DNA of 64,000 bases from Mobula birostris (lineage: Eukaryota): assembly GCF_030028105.1 (NCBI RefSeq), contig NC_092380.1, positions 21,911,144 to 21,975,143 of the forward strand, given 5' to 3'. This document shows, in pieces, positions 48,501 through 57,282 of this stretch. Position 1 is the stretch's first letter. Each line of letters opens with the position of its first letter. Position numbers and translations under genes: made by a program. The notes beneath the pieces were generated by a model. It was not told the origin of the DNA, did not search any database, and worked only from the letters and a program-made list of their open reading frames with translations.

Positions 48501-51041
48501 TGCTGCAAGCCCAATTCACGGCGGGGGAAGCTGCGTGGCCTCGGTTCTGGTGAGGACGAGACCTCAAGCCACGGTGTCGCCCGTTTGCACCCGCCAGGAG
48601 AGGGGAGTCTGTGTCGGTGCTGGCAGAGGTGTGGCACAGCGACCAAGCTGGCGTCAGTGCTGCCCTCCAGTGTTCGCTTGGCAGAAGACAATCTGTACTG
48701 TGTTCAATTGCAGACTGTTGCAACATTCACGGACTCAGGGACTTGGACCATATTTTTACTGCTAGCTTCTATGTGCTATACGTGCCTTGTGTTGTGTATG
48801 ACTGTTGGTACTTTGGCTCCAGACTAACCCTGTTTCATTTAGTTGGCTGTTTCATGGGTATTTGTGTATGGTTGAAAGACAATTAAACTTGAATTTGAGC
48901 CTCTTAAGTGTCCCTAATGTATTGGCCTCTACCACCATCCATGGGAGCACGTTCCATACCCTCAACACTCTCTGTGTAAAAACAAAACATACCACCTTAT
49001 ACCTTCCTCCAATCACCTTAAAGTTATGCCCTGTCCTATGAGCCCCTGACAGCCCGGAAAAAGGTCTCTGGCTGTCTGCTTAATCTATGATTCTTATCAC
49101 CCTATACACCTGCATCAATTTCGGCAGAGTCATGCCCACCTCCTCAGCACAGCCTCCCCTCACTCCCGGACGCTTTGCGCACCTGATGGTGGAAGCCCTC
49201 AAGCTGTCGTTCACGTTGAGGAGATTGTAGGTGTGCCACATGTCCTCAGCCTCCTCTGGCATCAGAGTCACCTGGCTAAAGGGGGGAAAGAAATTGGCTG
49301 TTACTGTCACACGTACCGAGGTACAGTTCAGGGCATCAACAGCTCACAGGATATATCCTGGTCTGAATACAGCGATGGAATCACGAAGAAGGCAGGCTGG
49401 CGGCCATACTTCATTAGGAGTCTGAGCAGATTCTGGAGCTCACCAAAGGCTCATCAAATGGGTGGTGGAGGGCATTCCAGCTGGCTGCATCTCCACCCCT
49501 ACGTTGGCTCCAGATCACAGGAACACAAGAGGCTGCAGAGGACTGTAGACTCAGCTGGATCCATCACCAGCACAAACAGGACACCACCATCGAGGACACC
49601 TCCAAGTAGTGCCTCAAGGAGGGATCCATTATCAAGGACTGTCACCATCTGGGACATCCTCTCTTCTCACTACCACCATCATGGTGGAGGTACAGCAGCC
49701 TGGAGACCCACACTCATCGTTTGAGGAACAGTCTTTGTTGTGTGTAGCTCTTCCTTGACTCTATTGCTCTACTGTGAATGCCTGCGTGAAAGCCAATCGC
49801 AGGGCAGTATATGGGGACCTTGATAATAAATTTAGTTTGAACTTTTGAGCTTCCTCCCCTCTGCCATCAGATTTCTGAATGGTCCATAACGACAGAGTAA
49901 CAGCTAGCGAGATGTACTTTCAGGCTTTCGTATCTCCTGCCCAGTGGGAGGGGGGAGAAGAGAGAATGCCCAGAGTGGGTGGGATCGTTGATTGTGCTGG
50001 CTGCTTTACTGAGGAGGGGAGGCTGGTTTTCATGGTGTGCTGAGTTGTGTCCGCGAATCCCTGAGCTGTTGCCATACCCAGCTCTGCCGCACCCTGACAG
50101 GATGCTTTCTGCGGTGCATTGCTAAAAATTGGTGAGGGCTGATAGCAAAAAATGTCAAATGTCTTTAGCCTCCTCAGGAAATGGAGGCATTGGTGTGTTT
50201 TTGTTTGGTTATGGCATCAACATGGTTGGATCCGGGGATGTTGTTGGTGATGTTCACTCGGGAACTTGAAGCTCCCTACACTCTCAGCTTCAGTGCCGTT
50301 GATGTGGACAAGAGCAAGAACATGTCCATCACCAATCTCCCCCTGGCTGGGGTCAAGAGGGAGGGAGCAGATAGTTTTGGGGGGGGAGTGAGGGGGCAGA
50401 GGAATCAGTGGGGAGAGCCTGGCAAAAATCAGAAGGGCCAGGGTCAAAATGCAGGCAAGACTGGGAACGAGGAAAACTGGAGGCCAGGGCTGGAAAAACT
50501 GGAAAGCTGAGCAGGGAAACCTGGAAGTGGGCTGTGGAAAATAGGAAGTGGGACAGTGGGAACTGGAAAGTAGGGCATGTGAAAACTGCGAAACCCAGGA
50601 CACAGGAGAAGGAAAGCGGGGGGGGGGTGTTGGGAGAGGGGCAAGTGGGTCAGGAGGGGTGAAACATGAAAACCGGAAGTGGGGCAACAGAAAACGTAGG
50701 AAAACCGGAAGCAGGATAGGTAAACCTGAAGCGGGGTAGGAAAATTCAGGGAAAATGGAAGTGGAGCAGGTAGAACCCAGGTAAACTGGGAAAACTGGAA
50801 GTGGGGCAGAAGGGATCCCCGGGAAAAACCTAAAGAGGGGGCAGGGAACCAGGGAGTATCTTCTGCCCGGTGGAGACTGTGGAACGTCATTCAGGGGAAA
50901 TTACACCACGCCGGACCGAGGGCGGAGGTCACTAGACCGATACAGCCACCACCCCCCCTTCCCAGCCCCACCCCGTCGCTCAGTAACCGCCGCGCCTCAC
51001 CCCGAGTTGTCCCGCTCGATCATTTTGCTGAGGAGCTTCAT
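21436..51041 (-). CDS. pelo: Protein pelota homolog (Dom34/eRF1-like ribosome rescue factor), spliced CDS of 13 exons, 1158 nt / 385 aa
   Basis: Exon lengths 41+93+151+91+164+61+162+47+74+72+75+32+95=1158, all GT-AG and phase-consistent. Hallmark motifs [49 protein letters not shown]. Confidence 0.97.
22054..22085 (-). CDS. pelo: pelo exon 12 (32-nt small exon)
   Basis: [10 protein letters not shown]; cacAG acceptor, gtgagt donor. Confidence 0.93.
22090..23410. repeat. ~1.3-kb polypurine/polypyrimidine tract with a ~190-bp internal duplication and a ~24-bp unit array
   Basis: Almost only G/A on +; 22271-22460 repeated at ~22460-22650; gagatggaggaggagagggaaggg units. Confidence 0.95.
24550..25260 (-). 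mobile_element. Rex1/Babar LINE 3' fragment, flanked by Penelope pLTR remnants (24215-24545, 25290-25560)
   Basis: ORF 24775-25236: LHFLRRLK...[20 protein letters not shown]...[15 protein letters not shown]. Confidence 0.85.
26340..28655 (+). mobile_element. Degraded CR1 LINE (ORF1 end, EN, RT pieces, 3' end) with an unrelated insert at ~27560-28060
   Basis: [38 protein letters not shown]. Confidence 0.8.
29296..29370 (-). CDS. pelo: pelo exon 11
   Basis: [25 protein letters not shown]; aacAG acceptor, gtgagg donor. Confidence 0.95.
29455..29775. repeat. ~52-bp minisatellite (cccctgggtcagacccacaccgggatcaccgtgcacagttcctgtctctgtat); same family at 12470-12625
   Basis: Tandem units visible; both arrays lie just upstream (in gene sense) of an acceptor. 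Confidence 0.85.
30835..30906 (-). CDS. pelo: pelo exon 10
   Basis: [24 protein letters not shown]; cccAG acceptor, gtgagt donor. Confidence 0.95.
31428..32488. mobile_element. Non-autonomous PIF/Harbinger-like DNA transposon (1061 bp)
   Basis: Perfect 37-bp TIR ggctatgtccacactacgccggataattttgaaaacg, 3-bp TSD aca, inserted in the 52-bp minisatellite. Confidence 0.85.
33515..33588 (-). CDS. pelo: pelo exon 9
   Basis: [25 protein letters not shown]; aacAG acceptor, gtaggt donor. Confidence 0.95.
34608..34654 (-). CDS. pelo: pelo exon 8
   Basis: [16 protein letters not shown]; ctcAG acceptor, gtgagg donor. Confidence 0.93.
35098..35867. mobile_element. hAT-type MITE hosting a Penelope-derived palindrome
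   Basis: Ends cactgttcccgctaag / gttaaagggaacgttg, 8-bp TSD aatgtgag/agtgtgag (7/8 match). Confidence 0.65.
35366..35811. mobile_element. Penelope-like element fragment with inverted duplication (RT motif piece plus pLTR)
   Basis: [13 protein letters not shown]...LRYIDNCIG (PLE RYIDD motif); 14-bp flanking direct repeat ctgctcagagccat (35352-35365 / 35812-35825). Confidence 0.85.
36323..36484 (-). CDS. pelo: pelo exon 7
   Basis: [22 protein letters not shown]...[16 protein letters not shown]; ctcAG acceptor, gtgagc donor. Confidence 0.96.
37062..37122 (-). CDS. pelo: pelo exon 6
   Basis: [20 protein letters not shown]; tctAG acceptor, gtgggt donor. Confidence 0.95.
37499..37662 (-). CDS. 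pelo: pelo exon 5
   Basis: [28 protein letters not shown]...[14 protein letters not shown]; tgcAG acceptor, gtgagg donor. Confidence 0.96.
37855..39545. mobile_element. Patchwork of Rex1/Babar (+) and CR1 (38290-38530 +; 39150-39545 -) 3' fragments
   Basis: [10 protein letters not shown]...RFRNSF remnants; [14 protein letters not shown]...[15 protein letters not shown]. Confidence 0.75.
39846..39983 (-). mobile_element. Penelope pLTR fragment with hammerhead motif
   Basis: Minus strand CTGACAA-agggtctcggccc-GAAA-CGTC-gaccg (core G>A consistent with CpG decay). Confidence 0.7.
40040..43450 (-). mobile_element. Long degraded Rex1/Babar LINE (EN + RT + 3' tail)
   Basis: LTVKC..FYLP.E...IILTAV.IPP endonuclease remnant; KFADNTTVV...[18 protein letters not shown]; [10 protein letters not shown]. 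Confidence 0.85.
40759..41060 (-). mobile_element. tRNA-derived SINE, second copy
   Basis: Same sequence family; flanked by direct repeat actctccact (40744-40753 / 41063-41072). Confidence 0.8.
44394..44484 (-). CDS. pelo: pelo exon 4
   Basis: [30 protein letters not shown]; cacAG acceptor, gtgagt donor. Confidence 0.96.
44565..46680 (+). mobile_element. Tc1-like DNA transposon (long-TIR type), transposase pseudogene at ~45490-46460
   Basis: TIRs (t)ggtgcctataaaaag / ctttttataggcactg, TA flanks; transposase remnants [10 protein letters not shown] and [14 protein letters not shown] with stops and frameshifts. Confidence 0.9.
44761..45277. mobile_element. pogo/Tigger-like MITE nested in the left TIR of the Tc1
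   Basis: Ends caggtgtcccc / gggggaaacctg, TA TSD on both sides; Tc1 TIR resumes afterwards. Confidence 0.8.
46685..47135. repeat. ~75-80-bp tandem repeat (ctggattagatcccagcctgtaa...gatctgttattctatatataaa)
   Basis: 4-5 degenerate units; a partial unit at 44540-44564 indicates the Tc1 inserted into this array. Confidence 0.7.
47184..47334 (-). CDS. pelo: pelo exon 3
   Basis: [50 protein letters not shown]; cccAG acceptor, gtgagt donor. Confidence 0.96.
49183..49275 (-). CDS. pelo: pelo exon 2
   Basis: [31 protein letters not shown]; tttAG acceptor, gtgcgc donor. Confidence 0.95.
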
Positions 51042-51150
51042 GGTGGACCTCCGGCTCCCGGACACCCGGCCAGGCACGCGCCGCGGCCTGCCTGACGTCA
51101 CGGATACTGGCAACCCCAGATTCGGCCGCCGCCATCTTTAGTACTGGCTG
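50860..51150 (-). promoter_or_regulatory. pelo CpG-island promoter with CRE (TGACGTCA 51093-51100) and YY1-type motif (GCCGCCATCTT 51128-51138)
   Basis: Locally CpG-dense in a CpG-depleted window; exact motif matches within 100 nt of the ATG. Confidence 0.7.
51001..51041 (-). CDS. pelo: pelo exon 1 ([14 protein letters not shown])
   Basis: Kozak ccaccATG in a CpG-rich zone; donor GG|gtgagg. Confidence 0.95.
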
Positions 51151-51464
51151 CACCAGGAAAAGGGCATGTGAAATTCGGAGTGGGGTAGAAGGGTGCGGGA
51201 GGTTGTGGGTTTTGCTGGTTTTGTTGTTGGTGGTCCTGCTTATATTTAAAACGGAGATTAATATGTTCGTGAGTATGTGATTAGGAAGGAAGCCAGTCTG
51301 ATCACTATGGGAAAACAGGTTTGATGGGCCGAATGAGCTAATTCTGCTCAGATTGTATTGTTTATTAACACAAACAACACGTTTTGCTATATGTTTCTAC
51401 ACACATAAGACGTAGGAGCAGAATTAGGCTATTTGGCCCCTCAAGTCTGCTCCACTACTCTTAA

Positions 51465-51753
51465 AGCATCCGTTAGTCTTGCAAGACCATGGATCTGTGC
51501 CTGGAAAGTCTTCACTCTCCAGGGTGCAGGCACAGTATGGAAGACCAGCAGTTGTAAGTTTCCCCTTTCCACGACACTGATGTTGTCCAAGGGAAGGGCA
51601 TTAGGACCCATACAGCTTGGCACCGGTGTCATTGCAGAGCAATGTGTGGTTAAATGCCTTGCTCAAGGACACAACGCGTTGCCTCAGCTGGGGCTCGAAC
51701 TCACGACCTTCAGGTCACTAGTCCAATGCCTTGACCACTTGGCCATGTGCCCA
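51465..51753 (-). mobile_element. tRNA-derived SINE, third copy
   Basis: Same family (all three copies give the artefactual RPWICA...[12 protein letters not shown]). Confidence 0.8.
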
Positions 51754-52034
51754 CACAAGTACACTAGGGGTTTGACAAGAGGCGGGACTCTGAGATCAAA
51801 CAGCACGAGAGAGAGTTGCTCGACTTAAGAGTCCCGTCTTGAGCCCACCATCCGGCACCCTCAGCTATGGCAGGAATACCAGGAGAAGGATGCACTGAAC
51901 GATCTGCAGCTCCGGCACTTCCAAGGTACTTCTGTGAGGTCACAGGTCCAAATACTGCAGGATTTGCACCATGACCCACCCTTCTACTTGTTGGAAAAAT
52001 GTCGGGTAGTCTGAGAGCAGGGGGAGGAGTCAGG

Positions 52035-52385
52035 AGCAACACACACAAAATGCTGGAGGAACTCAGCAGGCCAGGCAGCATCAATGAAGAAGAGTACAGT
52101 CAACATTTCCAACCGAGACCCTTCGGCAGGACTGGAGAAAAAATGCTGAGGAGTAGATTTAAAAGGTGGGGGAAAGGAGAGGAGAGAGAAGCACAAGGTG
52201 ATAGGTGAAACCTGGAGGGGGAGGGATAAAAGAGCTGGGAAGTTGATTGGTGAAAGAGATACAGGGCTGGAGAAGGGCAGAGTCTGATAGAGAGGACAGA
52301 GGCCATGAAAAGGGGGAGGAGCACCAGAGGGAGGTGATGGGCAGGCAAGGAGACAAGGCGAGAGAAAAATTGACGCTCATGCCAT
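52035..52385 (-). mobile_element. Penelope pLTR remnant
   Basis: Homologous to 13964-14344; degenerate hammerhead cagtc-CTGCCGA...GAAA-tgtt-gactg. Confidence 0.75.
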
Positions 52386-52835
52386 CAGGCTGCAGCCTCT
52401 ATCTGCATGCCTTGGGGGGGGGGCTATTTCTCACCTTCTGGCTGCACTTTAGCCCCACCCTCTTCACCTTTGGTCATCCAGGAGGGAGGAGGATGTCCTA
52501 GTTAACCTGCTTCTGGGGCTGGCCAGGATAGTTATCTGTGGGTCCTGGAGATGGGCAGCGGAGGGTTCTGCCCAGGATAACTGCCTGGCAATGTTCAGGG
52601 AACATGCCTGTGCCTGGGTAGCTGTGGAAAAAGAACACGCAGCATCCACAGGTAACGTAAAGGTGTTTCAAAAGCGTTGAGCACCACAGGAGATAAATTC
52701 CATCCCTGATAAACATGGGAATGTGTTAATTTAGTCTGTGTTCGTCATGATTTCTCTGGGTTTTGTTTGCAATGTGATTGTACAACAGCACTGCAGTGGT
52801 ATGAATTTTTAATAAATGTATTTTGTAAAAAAAAA
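52385..52835 (+). mobile_element. Tx1-clade LINE 3' fragment
   Basis: Reads FWLHFSPTL..FGHP / LVNLLLGLARIVI...EKEHAASTG..KVFQKR, ending aataaatgtattttgtaaaaaaaaa. Confidence 0.7.
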
Positions 52836-54094
52836 GGCCAGACACTGAGTTTTTCTTTCCAACCTTGGAATATGAAGATGGGTTTCTGATTTTCTGTGCT
52901 TCTATACTCAGGGTGGCTGAGAGGCTGAAGACTCCAATCACGACTAATCCTATTTTCCCCCTCTCAGCCCCACTCCCCAGCTGGAATTTCTCCCCGTAAT
53001 ATTTGATGCGATATCCAGTCAAGAACCTATCAATTTCCGCCTTAAATACACCCAACGACCTAGCCTCCACGACTGCCTGTGGTAATAAATTCCCCAAATT
53101 CACCACCCTCTGGCTAAAATTTCTCCGCATCTGTTTTGAATGGACGCCCCTCTATCCATAGGCTGTGCCTTCTTGTCCTGGGCTCCCCCACCGTGGTATG
53201 ACAAGTAAGTCTGAATCTGGGGTGAGGGAACGGGTAGGTAGAGGGAGGGAGTGGGTGGATGCTTGAGGGGTGGAGGGGAGGGGGGGTACTGATTTTTCTG
53301 GGGTGGGGGGGTGGAAGTGAGGAGGAGAGGTGTTGAGGTTGTGGGAGGAGGGGCTGGTGGTAGAGGGAGCCAGGAAGAGGAGTTGAACTAGCAGAGCCAG
53401 TTTCCTGGTTCATCCTCAGCCGAGTTTTGGTTCCCCTGCTGATGACCCATCCTCAGCAGACAGACCTGGAGAGGGCGCAGAGAAGCTTCACCGGGGCAGA
53501 ATCAGGCCATTTGGCCCATCGAGTCTGCTCCACCATTCAATCATGGCTGATCCTCCTGGATTAGAGGGCAAGTAGTGGACAGTTGTTCCCCTGACCCTGC
53601 ATACTCTTGCTCCTCCCCCCTTCCCATTGTGCAGAAGATACAAATATCTGAAAACAAGTCTCGCTGGGCTCAAAGACACCTCTCCTCTCACTGTTACAAT
53701 CAGGGAGAAGGTACAGGAGCTTCAAGACACAGACCACCTGGTTCAAGAACAGTTATCAGTCTTGAACCAGAGGGGATAACTTCACTTGCCCCATCACTGA
53801 ACTGTTCCCATAACGTATGGACACACTTTCAAGGACTCCCTCATCTCATGTTCTCAATACATATTCCTTATTTATTACAATTATTATTATTTCCTTTTGT
53901 ATTTGCACAGTTTGTTTGTCCGTCCTGTTGGGGGCACTCTTTCACTGACTCTATTGTGTTTCCTGTAATTGTTGTAATAAAATTATTTTGAACTTTGACT
54001 TTTCTACCGCACAGTTATAGGACTATTGAATAGTTCCCTGGTATGATAAGTACTAGGTGGGAAGAGGGACTCCCTTTGTGACGGGTGTTACTAC

Positions 54095-54585
54095 TGGCTG
54101 AGAGACTCCCTCTGTAATAGGGATCGCTGATGGGGAAGCAACCCCCTCGGTAACAGGGGACCCAGATTGGGCAAGTGACTCCCTCTGTAATGGGGGAGAG
54201 ACATCTCCGTAACAGGGGTAATGGGGGTCTCCGATTGGGGAAGAGACTCCCTCTGTAATGGGGGAGAGATCCCCCCATAACAGAGGTAATGGGGGTCTCC
54301 AACTGGGGAAGAGACTCCCGCTGTAATAAATGCAAAGGGAGAGACTCTCTCTGTGATGGGTAATGGAGGAGAGTCTCCTGTAACAGAGGATAGCGGGGAG
54401 ACACTCTTTCTGTAACAGGGGTAATGGGGAGAGAGACCCTCTCTAACAGGTGTAATGGGGAAGAGTCTTTCCTCAGTGATAGGTAATGGGGTAGCAACTC
54501 CTTTTATAAAAGGGGTGTCGGCTCCCTCTATAACACAGGTAATGGGGAGAGACTCCCCCTGTACCGGGGGTAATGGGCTGAGACT
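54095..54585. repeat. ~30-33-bp degenerate minisatellite (gggtaatgggggagagactccctctgtaac)
   Basis: Recurring gagactccctctgtaa units. Confidence 0.8.
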
Positions 54586-54656
54586 CTTTCGGTCACTGGT
54601 GGAAGGGTCTCCCTCTTTAGCAAGGGGAGAATATTGGATCTCCCTTTCTCACCGTT

Positions 54657-54702
<46 letters not shown>

Positions 54703-57059
54703 TCCCTCCCTCCCCCTCCCCCCCCCCGACTCTTTCGAGGGCTGGCTCTCTGGGGAGCTCTTTGAAGTGGCGATGGTTGGATTTTTGCCTCGTGTCGGAG
54801 TGCAGCGATGGGGATGTCACAGGCTGTGTTGAAGTCCTGTGGCGCTCGATGAGGTCATTGAGGGAAGCGCGGACACAGTGTGAGTGTGGCTGAGCTCTCC
54901 TATCCCACGCTGGGGAGAGCTCATGAGATCGCCTCTCTTATCTCCCAGTGCACTCTGTAAACACACACGGCTTGCCAAGATAGATTAGAGGCTGATTCAC
55001 TCTTTTGCCTGTTTCCTTCCCTCCGCTTTCCTTATTTACTCCTTTCCGCTCCCTTTTTCTCTACAAAACTGTAACAGTTTATTTACATCACATATACAAG
55101 ACAGTGAGTATACTCAGATTAAAATACGGCTACTCCACTCTCTTCTGCTCTCTCTGCCTTTCTCGCCTGCCTCCTTGCCCTCCCTCCTCATCCCTCTGCA
55201 TCTTTCCCCCACTTTCTCATTCTCCCCCTCTCCTCCACCCAGTTTCCCCTCTCCCTGTCTCTGGTCCTCTTTTTTTTTGTCTAACTCTAACCCTGCTCTC
55301 TCCCTCTCCTCACCCTCCCCCTTCCTCCTCTCTCTCCCTACTCTCTTTCTTTTCAGCCCTTATCTTACCCTCTCTAACCATTCCTGCCCCCTCTCTCCAC
55401 CTCCCCCTCTCCCTGTCCCAGCCCAATCTCTCTCCCATTCTACCCCATTCTTTTCTCCCCACATCCGCCTCCCCCTCTATTCATCCCTGTCCATCTTCCC
55501 CTCACCATCCCTTCACTTTCTCTCCCCTCCCTCTCTTCCACTTCCCTCTGCCCACACATTGCCCTCTTTGCCCTTCTTTTTCATTTTTCCTAGTTTCTCT
55601 CCCTCCTTCTCTTCCCCCATCTTCCCTTTCCCTCTCTAGCTCCCTTTCCTCCCCGACCTCCTAATTCTCCCCTCCTCTTCCCATCTCCTTTTCTCCCCTA
55701 TTTCCCTTCCCTACCCTCCCACTGCTACCATCACTCTCCCTCCTCTTCCCCCTCCCTCTCCTGTCCTCTCCGTCACCAGGTGCAGTCCCTGACCTGCCTC
55801 CCTAGGCTGGACCAGAGTCCCTCATTGAGGGACCAACTGTGGCCCCAGCCCCTGGACCAGCCCAGTGCCCGTACAACCACCCCCCCACGAGCCCATTCCT
55901 CCCTCCTGCTGCTCAGCTCTTATCAGCGAGCCCATCAGCGTGGTGCACAAACACCAGGGTGTTTTCCTGGCTCAGTCACGGCATGGTAATTAGTGTCCTC
56001 CTGGGACACCCGCCCACTGCTTGCGTACACCTCCTTCCCTCCACAGTTCTCCCTCGCCCACTCTACCATCTCTCCATCCGTCTCTCTGTCCCTCTCCATC
56101 TCTTGCTTCCCCTAACCCCCCCCAGTTCTCTCTCTCCCACTCTAACATTCCCCCTCTCATTGTCCTTCCCCGTCTCTCATTTCTACCCCCTCCCCCTCTC
56201 CTCAGTTCTCTCTCTCCCACTCTAACATCTCCCCTCTCCCACCTCCTCTCTCTGTCCTTCCCTATCTCTCACTTCTACCCCCTCTCTCCTCCTCTTCAGT
56301 TCTCTCTTCCAGCTCCCTCTCTCCAATCTCCCCCCTTTCCCCCTACCCCCTCTCTCTCTCTCCCAATTTCTCTTCCTCCCCTTTTGCCATTTTTCTTCTA
56401 CATCCCTCTTTCCCTCCCCATCACTCTCTTACCTCTCCCTCCCTCTCTTCACATTTCTCAAATCTCTCTCCCCTTCCTCTCTTTCAGCCACTCATTCCCC
56501 CCTTCTCTCCCACCTCCTCCCTCTCCCCCTTTTGCTGTATTGTCTTTCGCCACCCTACCCCTCCCTCCCCATCTTTCCTTCACCCTCCCTCCCCACCCTT
56601 TCCTCCACCCTCCCTCATTCCCAGCCTCTCAATCTCAGTCCCTTCTTCCCCAACCCCTTCTTACCCGCCTCTTCCTTTCCCTCCCCCCTTTCTCCCACCC
56701 GCCTTCTTGTCCAGCCTCGCTCAATGTGGTGGTGAGGAGAGGAAGGGGTGGAGGGCTGGGAGACAAGAAGGGCTGCATCAGGGGCACATGGGGGTACAGT
56801 AGAATCTGGAGTGGTAGATGCGGTGGGGGGGAAGCAGGAGATGGAGGAGGGCAGAGAGTGAAGGGGGGAGGGAGGGGCGAGGAAAAGAGGAGGAAAATGA
56901 GAGAGAGGGGATTGCGATATCGAGAGAAATAGGAAGGGAGGGGTGAGGGAGAGTGGTGGGGAGGGGGAGAACGGGAGAAAGAGATAGGGGGAGAGGGTAG
57001 GGATTCACAGATACCATTGTCCTGTCTCACCTCTCCTGAGATAGGGACAGCCTGTCCTT

Positions 57060-57282
57060 CAGTTGCTGGTCCAATCATAGCTGGTCACTCCCTCCCTCCT
57101 GGCCTCCCGCCCCCTTGCCCTGCCCTGCCCTGCTTCAATCTGCTGGGGACCAGCTGCACAAGATCAGCTCTCTAGCCCTGCCTTTCGGACCCCGTGCGAG
57201 GCTCCAGGGGGACGAGAAGGACCGAGAGTTCAAGAAGACCGAGGACAGGACCAGACTTCCCTGAGGCACTAATAGTACCTAG
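57060..57282 (+). promoter_or_regulatory. Candidate claudin promoter and non-coding first exon
   Basis: CCAAT at 57071, GC box ccgccc ~57107, then donor AG|gtaggt at 57282/57283 that could join the acceptor at 58702. Confidence 0.45.

Noticed and set aside
48285-48890. 180-aa Cys-rich ORF
   Set aside because: Lies in a GC-rich insert ending in a LINE-type attaaacttgaatttga tail inside a CR1 remnant; likely a non-autonomous retroelement.
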